Shown here in pieces: positions 27,499-36,501 of a stretch of DNA of 42,811 bases (position 1 is its first letter; each line of letters opens with the position of its first letter). The translations under genes were made by a program, and so were the position numbers. Source of the DNA: a virus (taxonomy: Duplodnaviria > Caudoviricetes); IMG/VR virus record IMGVR_UViG_3300012943_000042, positions 1 to 42,811 of that record. One strand, 5' to 3'. Under the pieces are notes generated by a model that saw only the letters and a list, made by a program, of their open reading frames with translations, was not told the origin of the DNA and did not search any database.

Positions 27499-30400
27499 GT
27501 GGACTTCTACACAATCAAAGAGCGTGAAGCAGGTACAGCTAAGAAGCCGGTTCTTGAGGTATATCCGGATTTCAAGGTTGTAAGGTCGAAGGACCTCATG
27601 GTTCGAGGCAAGAGCTTCTACGCAATTTGGGACGAAGAGAAGGGGCTCTGGTCCACTGATGAGTATGATGTACAACGACTCGTCGATGCAGAGCTTGAAA
27701 AGCACAAGGTGCAAACCGAAGGCCTCTTTGAGATTCACCGCAAGTACTTGAACAACTTCAGCTCTAACAGCTGGCTCCAGTTCAGGAACTATGTAGGACA
27801 TCTCTCTGATTCTTCTCGACAGCTAGATGAACGCTTGACCTTCGCTAATTCAGAGGTGAGGAAGGAGGACTATGTCAGCAGGCGATTGCCATATTCGCTA
27901 CTGGTGGGAGATATCACCGCCTACGACGAGCTTATGGCTGTCTTGTACGACCCACCAGAAAGAGCTAAGCTTGAGTGGGCAATCGGAGCCATTATTTCAG
28001 GAGATTCTAGACATATTCAGAAATTCCTCGTTCTATACGGCTCCGCAGGAACTGGTAAGTCTACGTTCCTCAATATTGTGCAGCGGCTATTTGATGGCTA
28101 CTACGCAACCTTTGAAGCCAAGGCGCTTACCGGAAACTCAAATGCTTTCTCTACTGAGGCATTTAAAGACAACCCACTTGTAGCGATCCAGCACGACGGC
28201 GACCTTTCTAAGATCGAGGACAACACCAAACTGAACTCGTTCATATCTCACGAAGACATGACGGTCAATGAGAAGTACAAGCCGAGCTACATGACAAAGA
28301 TCAATGCTTTCTTGTTCATGGGTACAAATAAGCCGGTGAAGATCACGGACGCCAAGTCAGGCATCATCCGTCGTCTCATCGATGTGCACCCATCAGGCAG
28401 GAAGGTTGGTCCGCGCAAGTATCAGGCTCTCGTCTCTCAGATTGAATTCGAGCTGGGGGCTATCGCAGCCCACTGCCTAGAGGTATATCGTGAGATGGGG
28501 AAGGACTACTACAGCGGCTACCGTCCGTTGGAGATGATGTTGCAGACTGACATATTCTTCAACTTCGTAGAGGCTCACTTTGATGTCTTCAAGAAACAAG
28601 ACGGTGTGACTCTGAATCAGGCATACGATCTGTACAAGGTCTACTGTGACGAGTCTAACGTCGAGTACAAGACTCCTCGATACAAGTTCCGTGAGGAGTT
28701 GAAGAACTACTTCAAGACCTTCGAAGAGCGAGCGATCGTAGATGACCAGCGCGTCCGCAGTTGGTTCGGTGGTTTCGACAAGAGCAAATTCAAGCCTCAA
28801 GTTAAGGAGGAAGTGGAACACATGCTACCTCTGGTACTCGATCAGGTTGAATCTATATTTGACACTGAATACGCCGGTCAGCCGGCTCAGTACGCCAACG
28901 TCCATGAAACGCCTACTCGAAAGTGGGCTGATGTGGACACGACGTTGTCAGATCTAGACACTGCTCAACTGCATTACGTCAAGCTGCCTGAGAACCATAT
29001 TGTCATTGACTTCGATCTTAAGGACGAAGATGGGAACAAATCAGCAGAACTCAACCTCGAGGCAGCCAGCAAATGGCCTCCCACTTACGCAGAGTGGAGC
29101 AAATCAGGAAAGGGAATCCATCTCCATTATCTATACGCCGGTGACTCCTCAACCCTCAGCAGAATCTATGCAGATGGTATCGAAGTTAAGGTGTTTAATG
29201 GAGATTCGTCGCTACGGCGTATGCTCTCGGCATGCAACAACGTGCCCATATCGACACTTAGCGACGGATTACCCCTAAAGGAGAAAAAGATGATCAAGGC
29301 CGATGTGATCAAGAGCGAGAAGGGTCTTCGCGAAATGATCGAAAGGAACTTGAGGAAGGAAATTCATCCAGGCACAAAGCCGTCGATGGACTTCATCCAC
29401 AAGATCCTGGAAGATGCATACATGTCGGGTATGCGTTACGACGTTACGGACATGCGTAACAGGATCCTGGCATTCGCAGCGAATAGCTCCAATCAGGCTC
29501 TCTATTGCATCAAGTTGGTGCAGGGTATGAGGTTCCACAGCGACATCGAGGAGCCTACTGTTGTGGACCAGCCTAAGGACGATCGTCTTGTGATCTTTGA
29601 TGTGGAGGTCTTCAAGAACTTGTTCGTGGTGTGTTGGAAATATCAGGGCGACAGCAATGTTGTCAAGATGATCAACCCATCACCGCAGGCGATCGAGGAG
29701 CTCATGACTCTGAAGTTGGTCGGGTTCAACAACCGTCGGTATGACAATCATATCTTGTACGGACGGTACTTGGGCTACGACAACATGCAGCTATATTTGC
29801 TCAGCCAGAAGATCATCAATAATGTTCCTGGGGCCCTGTTTGGAGAGGCGTTCAACATCTCCTATGCTGATATTTACGACTTCAGCAGCAAGAAGCAGGG
29901 TTTGAAGAAGTTCCAGATCGAACTGGGGCTGAATCACCAGGAGTTGGGTCTTGACTGGGACGAGCCAGTGCCAGACGACTTGGTTGACAAGGTAGTAGAG
30001 TACTGCGCCAACGATGTGGAAACCACAGAGCCTGTGCTCGAGGACCGCATGCAGGACTTGGTGGCTCGGCAGATTCTTTCGGATATTTCGGGCCTACCTG
30101 TCAACTACACCACTCAGCAGCACACTAGCCGTATCGTATTCAACGGTAACAGCAAGCCTCAGGAGGAGTTCGTCTACACGGATCTCTCTGAGATGTTTGA
30201 AGGTTATGAGTACGACAACGGTAAGAGCACCTACAAGGGTGAGGTAGTCGGGGAAGGTGGATATGTATATGCTGAACCAGGCATGTATGAGAATGTTGCT
30301 CTCCTTGACGTAACTTCAATGCACCCGACTAGCATAGAGCAGTTGGATCTATTTGGCTCATATACTAAGAACTTCTCTGAATTGAAGGCAGCACGTATTG

Positions 30401-31260
30401 CCATCAAGCGGAAGGACTTTGAGTCAGCTAGGAAGATGTTGGGTGGCAAGCTTGCTAAGTATCTTGTGGATGAATCACAAGCCGAGGCACTCTCCTATGC
30501 ATTGAAGATTGTGATCAACATCGTATACGGTCTGACGGCAGCAAGGTTCGACAACTCGTTCAGGGATCCCCGCAACATCGACAACATCGTCGCCAAGCGT
30601 GGAGCACTGTTCATGGTGGATCTGAAGCTCTTTGTACAGAACAAGGGCTTCCAGGTCGTTCACATCAAGACAGATTCCATCAAGATCCCTGGAGCAACGA
30701 AGGAGCTCATCGATGAAGTCATGGAGTTCGGCGATCGCTACGGCTACGAGTTTGAGCATGAGGCAACCTATGAGAAGTTTTGTTTGGTCAATGACGCTGT
30801 TTATATTGCAAAGACAGCCCCCGGCCGAACCCCAGCTCATTGGGTCGCGGTAGGTGCTCAGTTCCAGCATCCCTACGTCTTCAAGAAGCTCTTCACCCAC
30901 GAGAGGATCATGTTCAAGGACAAGTGCGAGACGAAGACAGTCACGACTGCTCTTTGGATCGACTTCGACACCGAGGACACGCCAATGGCTCTCACACAGG
31001 GTAAGCGCTTCGTAGGAAAGGCTGGATCATTCTGCCCGATTAAGCCGGGTAAGGGTGGCGGAACGCTCGTTCGTGAGAAGGACGGGAAGTTCTATGCTGC
31101 CACCGGCTCGAAGGGTTATGAGTGGTTGGAATCTGAGGTGGTCAAGGAGCTCGGCAAGGAGGGCGACATTGATCTCCGATATTTCAACAATCTAGTAGAC
31201 GAGGCAATTGAGACCATTAACCAGTTCGGAGATTTCGAACAATTCGCAGATAAGGAGTAA
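27499..31260 (+). CDS. SF3-type helicase - AEP primase - family B DNA polymerase fusion
   Basis: Walker A GSAGTGKST (28039); AEP-like IDFD and SKSGKGIHLHY; exonuclease DVE, FNNRRYD, YCAND; PolB motifs DVTSMHP, KIVINIVYG, KTDS. Confidence 0.85.
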   Translation: MDFYTIKEREAGTAKKPVLEVYPDFKVVRSKDLMVRGKSFYAIWDEEKGLWSTDEYDVQRLVDAELEKHKVQTEGLFEIHRKYLNNFSSNSWLQFRNYVGHLSDSSRQLDERLTFANSEVRKEDYVSRRLPYSLLVGDITAYDELMAVLYDPPERAKLEWAIGAIISGDSRHIQKFLVLYGSAGTGKSTFLNIVQRLFDGYYATFEAKALTGNSNAFSTEAFKDNPLVAIQHDGDLSKIEDNTKLNSFISHEDMTVNEKYKPSYMTKINAFLFMGTNKPVKITDAKSGIIRRLIDVHPSGRKVGPRKYQALVSQIEFELGAIAAHCLEVYREMGKDYYSGYRPLEMMLQTDIFFNFVEAHFDVFKKQDGVTLNQAYDLYKVYCDESNVEYKTPRYKFREELKNYFKTFEERAIVDDQRVRSWFGGFDKSKFKPQVKEEVEHMLPLVLDQVESIFDTEYAGQPAQYANVHETPTRKWADVDTTLSDLDTAQLHYVKLPENHIVIDFDLKDEDGNKSAELNLEAASKWPPTYAEWSKSGKGIHLHYLYAGDSSTLSRIYADGIEVKVFNGDSSLRRMLSACNNVPISTLSDGLPLKEKKMIKADVIKSEKGLREMIERNLRKEIHPGTKPSMDFIHKILEDAYMSGMRYDVTDMRNRILAFAANSSNQALYCIKLVQGMRFHSDIEEPTVVDQPKDDRLVIFDVEVFKNLFVVCWKYQGDSNVVKMINPSPQAIEELMTLKLVGFNNRRYDNHILYGRYLGYDNMQLYLLSQKIINNVPGALFGEAFNISYADIYDFSSKKQGLKKFQIELGLNHQELGLDWDEPVPDDLVDKVVEYCANDVETTEPVLEDRMQDLVARQILSDISGLPVNYTTQQHTSRIVFNGNSKPQEEFVYTDLSEMFEGYEYDNGKSTYKGEVVGEGGYVYAEPGMYENVALLDVTSMHPTSIEQLDLFGSYTKNFSELKAARIAIKRKDFESARKMLGGKLAKYLVDESQAEALSYALKIVINIVYGLTAARFDNSFRDPRNIDNIVAKRGALFMVDLKLFVQNKGFQVVHIKTDSIKIPGATKELIDEVMEFGDRYGYEFEHEATYEKFCLVNDAVYIAKTAPGRTPAHWVAVGAQFQHPYVFKKLFTHERIMFKDKCETKTVTTALWIDFDTEDTPMALTQGKRFVGKAGSFCPIKPGKGGGTLVREKDGKFYAATGSKGYEWLESEVVKELGKEGDIDLRYFNNLVDEAIETINQFGDFEQFADKE

Positions 31261-31262
31261 AG

Positions 31263-31694
31263 ATGCTTACAGCTTTTATCATTACGGTGGTGATATTCTT
31301 TATCATCATCTTGCTGTTGATCGCGAAGCTCTCAGAGGCTAAGCCCTCTGTCTTCAACACGTTCTACGGAAAGCCGCCGGGCGAGAATCAAGAAGAGGAG
31401 GTGCCCTTGCAAATGCAGTGGGAGTTCCCTGAAGAGCTCGTCAAGGATGCGAATCTCGTAGCCGATGAAGTCCCCGTGTTCATCCAAACAGAGCATAGTT
31501 CTGCTCACGTTGGATCGGCGGTGATCTTCGAGGACCAAGGTACTTACAACGGCCTGATTGAGATCTTCGAGAAGGATACAGATTATGTCCGTAAGATGAT
31601 CGATCCAGGTCTCAACGGCATCAGCATCGCGGTTCTTCCCCCAGAGGAGCCGTCAGTCATCGATGAATTTGGAGAGGAAGTCAAAAATGGCTGA
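31263..31694 (+). CDS. Membrane-anchored hypothetical protein
   Basis: Strongly hydrophobic first ~22 aa; SD AAGGAG. Confidence 0.68.
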   Translation: MLTAFIITVVIFFIIILLLIAKLSEAKPSVFNTFYGKPPGENQEEEVPLQMQWEFPEELVKDANLVADEVPVFIQTEHSSAHVGSAVIFEDQGTYNGLIEIFEKDTDYVRKMIDPGLNGISIAVLPPEEPSVIDEFGEEVKNG

Positions 31695-32205
31695 AGAAGA
31701 CGAGGTCAAGCCCGTTGTCCTGGAGGACGTGGCTATTCGTTTCCGCAACTTCACTGGAGCGGAGGGTCAGTACAACCGCAAGGGAGACCGCAACTTCTGC
31801 GTTCTTCTCGATGATGACACGGCTGAGGCTATGCGTCAGGACGGTTGGAACATCAAGACCCTCAGCCCCAGGGACGAGGACGAAGAGCCGACGCCTTATA
31901 TTCAGGTCAAGGTCAACTTCTCCGGCCCCAGGCCCCCGATGATCAAGCTGATCACCTCGCGTGGTCAGACGCCTCTGGGGGAGAACGAGGTCAACATCCT
32001 CGACTGGGCCGACATCAAGCAGGTGGATCTCATCATCCGCCCCTACGCCTATGAAGTGGGAGCCCGCAAGGGAATCTCAGCATATCTTCAGAAGGCCTAT
32101 ATCACGATCGTTGAGGACGCACTTGAGCTTAAGTACGCCGATACGCCAGACAGTGCTTCTTCGGCTCTGTCAACTCGTGACATGGCGCCTGACGATGAAG
32201 ACTGA
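31687..32205 (+). CDS. Putative single-stranded DNA-binding protein
   Basis: ATG 31687 after GGAGAGG; FRNF.G...RNFCVLL...GWNIK...AYLQKAYITI, acidic C-terminal tail, near replicase. Confidence 0.65.
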   Translation: MAEEDEVKPVVLEDVAIRFRNFTGAEGQYNRKGDRNFCVLLDDDTAEAMRQDGWNIKTLSPRDEDEEPTPYIQVKVNFSGPRPPMIKLITSRGQTPLGENEVNILDWADIKQVDLIIRPYAYEVGARKGISAYLQKAYITIVEDALELKYADTPDSASSALSTRDMAPDDED

Positions 32206-32335
32206 AGACTTGCTCAAGGAAGTACACGCAAGCCATGACATGCGGGAAGTTCTTGGGGATCATCGTGAATGTCGTAAGTGCAGACTCTGCATTTGCACAA
32301 ACATGATGCTCCTCAAGGAACCCTGCAACGCTTGA
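32195..32335 (+). CDS. Small Cys/His-rich protein
   Basis: MKTEDLL...H..H...CRKCRLCIC...C; weak SD; overlaps SSB stop. Confidence 0.4.
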   Translation: MKTEDLLKEVHASHDMREVLGDHRECRKCRLCICTNMMLLKEPCNA

Positions 32336-32346
32336 AAGGAGAAATC

Positions 32347-32517
32347 ATGCAGGAAACAGTAATCACCGAGGAGAAGACAATCAGTCCTCCTCAAAAGAAG
32401 TACCCTCGCAGTTGGGTCAGCGACGCTATCTGTGACTACGCAACCGAGCGCAACAAGAAGCGCAAGGCTGCTCGCAAGCGTCAGAAGGCAGGGCGGAGGG
32501 CTTCTCGTGGATCCTGA
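32347..32517 (+). CDS. Small basic protein
   Basis: SD GAAAGGAG, ATG 32347; Arg/Lys-rich C-terminus. Confidence 0.6.
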   Translation: MQETVITEEKTISPPQKKYPRSWVSDAICDYATERNKKRKAARKRQKAGRRASRGS

Positions 32518-32797
32518 GACGGCATGGTTCATCCTTGTTGAGAGGGAACACACTCACAGTGTTCTCATCGGTCCTTACGAGGATAAGAATGAGGCTGCTA
32601 AAGAGATGAACGACGGACTTTATGTGCAGTCTCTTGCTGATGAGGATGCTCTCGAGATTATGATTGTGGAGCTTCTTATCTCGACTATTCAAGAGACGTC
32701 CATCGTCTACGAGCTACCACCGGAGTATGACGTAGGTAACACGATGGAGGAGCACGGCATCGGCGTGTTCGCTCACGGTCCACAAGAAACAATGTAG
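32507..32797 (+). CDS. Hypothetical acidic protein
   Basis: GTG 32507 after GGAGG. Confidence 0.55.
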   Translation: MDPETAWFILVEREHTHSVLIGPYEDKNEAAKEMNDGLYVQSLADEDALEIMIVELLISTIQETSIVYELPPEYDVGNTMEEHGIGVFAHGPQETM

Positions 32798-32808
32798 GAA
32801 GGAGAAAA

Positions 32809-33030
32809 ATGCTCAACCCTGATGAAATCAACAAGCGGTTCAGTTTCCACCCAGCCACGGACAAGTCGAGGCCTCAGCATGAGGATGCTCGGTCTATCAT
32901 CCGTGGAGCAGCGATCCAGGTCAACAAGGTCATCCCTGATGGCCGAGAAGCTGCTGTGGTCATGACGAAGCTCGAGGAGGCCCTCATGTGGGCTAACAAG
33001 GCTATCGCCATGCATGATCCAGTCGTCTGA
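32809..33030 (+). CDS. Acb2/Tad1-like helical hairpin protein (candidate signalling-nucleotide sponge)
   Basis: 73 aa; RFSFHP...R...PDGREAAVVMTKLEEALMWANKAIA; SD GAAGGAG. Confidence 0.6.
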   Translation: MLNPDEINKRFSFHPATDKSRPQHEDARSIIRGAAIQVNKVIPDGREAAVVMTKLEEALMWANKAIAMHDPVV

Positions 33031-33394
33031 GCGACTATAAATAGGCCTTAGGCTCAGAGCGGTGGTGTCCTTGAGAGTGAGAGGACTTAATGGAGAAAAC
33101 TCGATACAAACTCCGCCACATGGCATATGAGCAGCAGTCGCTGGACGATATTCCTATGACTGTGCCCGGAGCTCTAGTATTGGTGTGAGTCACCCATGTA
33201 ATTGATTGCGCTTATTTACATGAATAAGTATCGTCTGATAGCGGTAGCGAATTGCTAGGGTCTATCAGCCCTAGACAGCCAATATGAAAACTCGTGCGTC
33301 GACGCGAGGATAATCAACATTACTTCGACGAGCTGGTAGTCCCTCAGGTTGGGCTAAACTTGGTCACTGAATCTAAACCGGTTAAGTGCCAGGG
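33030..33394 (+). ncRNA. Candidate structured non-coding RNA(s)
   Basis: No credible ORF; many nested complementary segments (see findings). Confidence 0.45.
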
Positions 33395-33471
33395 GTTTCC
33401 GTGTAAGTCTCAATAGGCAGAGCTGGTCAGATAGCGGGCTGGGTTGCGGGTTCAAGTCCCGTCATGGAAGC
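33395..33471 (+). tRNA. Degenerate tRNA-like element, anticodon not assignable
   Basis: Acceptor TTCCGTG/CATGGAA, T-arm GCGGG-TTCAAGT-CCCGT, D-like CTC-AATAGGCA-GAG; weak anticodon stem with 8-nt loop; no CCA. Confidence 0.5.
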
Positions 33472-33503
33472 GCAGTACTATATTCTCTTGAAAGGAGAAA
33501 ATC

Positions 33504-33893
33504 ATGAAGAAGTGGCTTATTGCAGCGACGGTCGCTGTAGCCGTAGCAGTTGGTCTTTCCGGTTGTGGTGGAGGTTCTCCTGAGCCCCAGGACGTGACCG
33601 GAACGTGGCAGTACTCTAAGGACGGGATCGGCTTCGAAGCCACCGTTACGGAGGACAACATTGAAATCGAGCTCACTCTGGATGACACGACGGGTCTTTA
33701 CTGGACTGGTACGTTCGAGAGCTCTCTCACCGAGGGACAGAAGGTTGTCTCTAAGGCTGACACTGAGGCACTGGACGCGTCTTTGTATGGCTCTGGTGAC
33801 TCAACCAAGGAGTTCACCTACGAAGACGGACACCTCACGTACAAGTTCGAGATCATGGGTACGACCACCAAGATCTATCTCAACAAAAACTAG
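33504..33893 (+). CDS. Lipoprotein
   Basis: MKK + hydrophobic signal + lipobox LSGC; SD GAAAGGAG. Confidence 0.8.
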   Translation: MKKWLIAATVAVAVAVGLSGCGGGSPEPQDVTGTWQYSKDGIGFEATVTEDNIEIELTLDDTTGLYWTGTFESSLTEGQKVVSKADTEALDASLYGSGDSTKEFTYEDGHLTYKFEIMGTTTKIYLNKN

Positions 33894-33954
33894 CTTGTAG
33901 CCCCGGGCATGGCTTTAAACTGCCCATCTATTCATATTCTTTTGAAAGGAGAAG

Positions 33955-34230
33955 ATGATGGGTAAAGTGACTAAGGTTGCGGCACAAATCCCTGTTCTCG
34001 CTGGTGACCTAGTGGTAGGTTATTTGGAAGTTGAGCTTGAGGACACTAGTGAAAAGGTGTGGCCCGCTAGGGAGTCTTATAATTATGCCAAATTTGATGT
34101 GGGTGCTAATCTAGTAATTTCTATCGACGCTCAGTATGCACTCTTCAATGGTCTTCTTAAGGGTGTAGACTACCAGATCGAATTTACTAAGGTTCCCGTG
34201 GAGGATTCTGATGGAAAAACCGACGTGTGA
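33955..34230 (+). CDS. Hypothetical protein
   Basis: SD GAAAGGAG, 91 aa. Confidence 0.65.
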   Translation: MMGKVTKVAAQIPVLAGDLVVGYLEVELEDTSEKVWPARESYNYAKFDVGANLVISIDAQYALFNGLLKGVDYQIEFTKVPVEDSDGKTDV

Positions 34231-34318
34231 TCCCTGTAAGCGAGGTGTACACAACGCATGCGGGACCGGTGTAAAAGCTGTTAACTCGTGTGCCTGTGCT
34301 GAAAAGTTCCACAAATGA
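34211..34318 (+). CDS. 35 aa Cys/His-rich microprotein (not in ORF track)
   Basis: SD GGAGGA; MEKPTCDPCKRGVHNACGTGVKAVNSCACAEKFHK; stop overlaps next ATG (ATGA). Confidence 0.55.
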   Translation: MEKPTCDPCKRGVHNACGTGVKAVNSCACAEKFHK

Positions 34319-34557
34319 GAGAGCTAGTAGCACTGCGTGTTCCTGTTGAGATGGCAGATAAGACTCACGGATATTGGTTCATCACTCATCAGCAGATGGT
34401 AGCTAGCGGTTGTAATCGTGCCAGTGATAAGATCATAGATGAGTTGATGGAGGAGTTCTCTAAGACTCTACCTGTACCGATCGTTTTCCAAGCTTACTGG
34501 GATAATGAGAAGTTTAGATACGTCATCCACTGGCTACCTGAGTCGGAGTTGGTATGA
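34315..34557 (+). CDS. Hypothetical protein
   Basis: 80 aa, ATGA overlaps at both ends. Confidence 0.6.
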   Translation: MRELVALRVPVEMADKTHGYWFITHQQMVASGCNRASDKIIDELMEEFSKTLPVPIVFQAYWDNEKFRYVIHWLPESELV

Positions 34558-35021
34558 GAGAAATCTGGCTAGAAGTGCCTGGCTATCCTCGCTACATGGT
34601 GTCAACCTATGGCGATGTCTACAGTGATATTGTCAAGCACAACCTCACACCTAGTCTAAGTGGTAGCGGTTACTACCGAGTTACGATGAACGGTCTACAG
34701 CACTATGTACATAGAGTAGTCGCCATGACCTTCTTCGAAGAATACCGTGAAGGTATGCGTGTCAAGCATATTGACGGTGATAGGACCAACAACCGCTTCG
34801 ACAATCTAAAGCTTCTAGAGCCTCAGAAGGCTGATGGAGCTATATTCGTTCCGTTAGGACGCCCGAAGCCGGGTATCCGCGTACAGATAGTGGAGACAGG
34901 AGATGTCTTTCGATCAGTTCGTGACGCTGCTAATTACATTGGTGGGTCTTATTCTGCTATTTATGCTTGTTTGCGTGGGGATCGCAAGCATCATCTTGGG
35001 CTTCATTTTCAATGGTTTTAA
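34554..35021 (+). CDS. NUMOD4-HNH homing endonuclease
   Basis: EIW..VPGY..YMVSTYG.V (NUMOD4), HRVVA...HIDGDRTNN...NL (HNH), C-terminal FRSVRDAA DNA-binding module. Confidence 0.85.
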   Translation: MREIWLEVPGYPRYMVSTYGDVYSDIVKHNLTPSLSGSGYYRVTMNGLQHYVHRVVAMTFFEEYREGMRVKHIDGDRTNNRFDNLKLLEPQKADGAIFVPLGRPKPGIRVQIVETGDVFRSVRDAANYIGGSYSAIYACLRGDRKHHLGLHFQWF

Positions 35022-35059
35022 GCGTTTCTTCGAAAACATAACAAAGGATTGGTCTTAAC

Positions 35060-35263
35060 ATGGGTGAGCACTACGAGAAGACCAAAGATCAAGCCATCCA
35101 AGATCTTGAACGAGAGTTGATGTTCTTCCGTGGCGAAAACAATCGTCTAAAGAGGAAGCATCAGAGGCTCCAAGATCTAGCTGGTAAGATGCAAGATCGA
35201 ATCAACGAACTGGAAGCAAAATTGCAAGAAGCTCGTGAACGTGGTGGGGGCGTATGGCCGTAG
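35060..35263 (+). CDS. Small coiled-coil protein
   Basis: 67 aa, heptad pattern; SD AAAGGA. Confidence 0.6.
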   Translation: MGEHYEKTKDQAIQDLERELMFFRGENNRLKRKHQRLQDLAGKMQDRINELEAKLQEARERGGGVWP

Positions 35264-36501
35264 TACTAGAGCCAGACCAAATCAAAGCCATACACCAGAT
35301 GCACAATGGTTGCGTAGTTCGTGGTGGAGTCGGTGTTGGCAAGACGATCATATCCCTAGCGTATTATCTAACAAAGGAGTGTAAGGATGGTGGGACCATA
35401 CTCGATAACGGACGAGTACAATTCCGTGACGAACGAGGTGACCCGAAAGATCTTATCATCATCACCACTGCCAAGAAACGAGACAATCTCGATTGGGTTA
35501 AGGAGGCTGCTCTCTTTGGAGTTGGAGGAGATAGAGCTTTCTCAGAACTCAACGTTCGCCTTCAAGTCGATTCTTGGAACAACATTGACAACTACGCAGC
35601 AACTAAGGGCGCTTTCTTTATCTTTGATGAGCAGAGACTCGTGGGATCGGGGGCGTGGGTCAAGAGTTTTTACAAGATTGCCAAAGCGAATGGATGGGTT
35701 CTACTTTCAGCAACACCTGCCGATACGTGGATGGACTACATCCCAGTATTTGTGGCAAACGGTTTTTTCAAAAACAAGACGGCGTTCACTGACCAGCATG
35801 TCATGTGGAAGCCTTTTTCTCGATATCCGCAAGTTCGAGGATTCAGAGGTGAAGCCAGACTACGTGAGCTTGAACGAGCGCTACTCGTTGATGTTGAGTA
35901 CGTTAGGACTACTACCAGAGTAGTTGACTACATCGACCATCCATGGGATCAGGAGAAGTTCAATAAGGTGTGGAAAGATCGTTGGAATGTCTTTAAGGAT
36001 GAGCCAATACAAACCATATCTGAGTTGTTCTACGTCCTTAGAAAAGTTGTCAACTCTCACAAGTCACGTCTAGAGTCCGTCCGTACACTGCTAGAAGAAC
36101 ACCCACGTCTGATTATATTCTACAACTTCAAGTATGAGGTAGAGATTCTTAAACAGCTCGCCGATAGTATTGAGGTTAAACAGTGGAATGGTCAGGTACA
36201 TGATGAGCTTCCTGATGGAGATCGTTGGGTATATTTAGTCCAGTATACTGCTGGGAGTGAAGGTTGGAACTGTGTAAGTACGGATTCGATGGTATTCTAT
36301 TCGTTGACTTATAGTTATCGAGCATTTGAACAAAGCCAAGGACGAATTGACCGTCGAAATACACCGTTTAAGGAGCTTCACTACTACGTTTTGAAGTCTG
36401 GATCGTTCATTGATAAGGCGATTCTGAAGTCTTTGAGGGCCAAGAAGAACTTCAACGCGCGTAAGTTCGTGGCCAAAACTGAAATTTCTGCCCACTTTTG
36501 A
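35254..36501 (+). CDS. SF2 (SNF2-like) DNA helicase
   Basis: GVGVGKT, FDEQ, LSATP, SEGWN, QSQGRIDR motifs. Confidence 0.85.
   Translation: MAVVLEPDQIKAIHQMHNGCVVRGGVGVGKTIISLAYYLTKECKDGGTILDNGRVQFRDERGDPKDLIIITTAKKRDNLDWVKEAALFGVGGDRAFSELNVRLQVDSWNNIDNYAATKGAFFIFDEQRLVGSGAWVKSFYKIAKANGWVLLSATPADTWMDYIPVFVANGFFKNKTAFTDQHVMWKPFSRYPQVRGFRGEARLRELERALLVDVEYVRTTTRVVDYIDHPWDQEKFNKVWKDRWNVFKDEPIQTISELFYVLRKVVNSHKSRLESVRTLLEEHPRLIIFYNFKYEVEILKQLADSIEVKQWNGQVHDELPDGDRWVYLVQYTAGSEGWNCVSTDSMVFYSLTYSYRAFEQSQGRIDRRNTPFKELHYYVLKSGSFIDKAILKSLRAKKNFNARKFVAKTEISAHF

Noticed and set aside
33030-33471. tmRNA
   Set aside because: The tRNA-like acceptor pairs locally rather than with a distant 5' end, and there is no G3-U70 Ala identity, CCA end or convincing tag ORF
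33905-33925. GGGCA/TGCCC hairpin after the lipoprotein gene as a terminator or RNA motif
   Set aside because: Only 5 bp with an 11-nt loop and no adjacent T-tract; too weak to call
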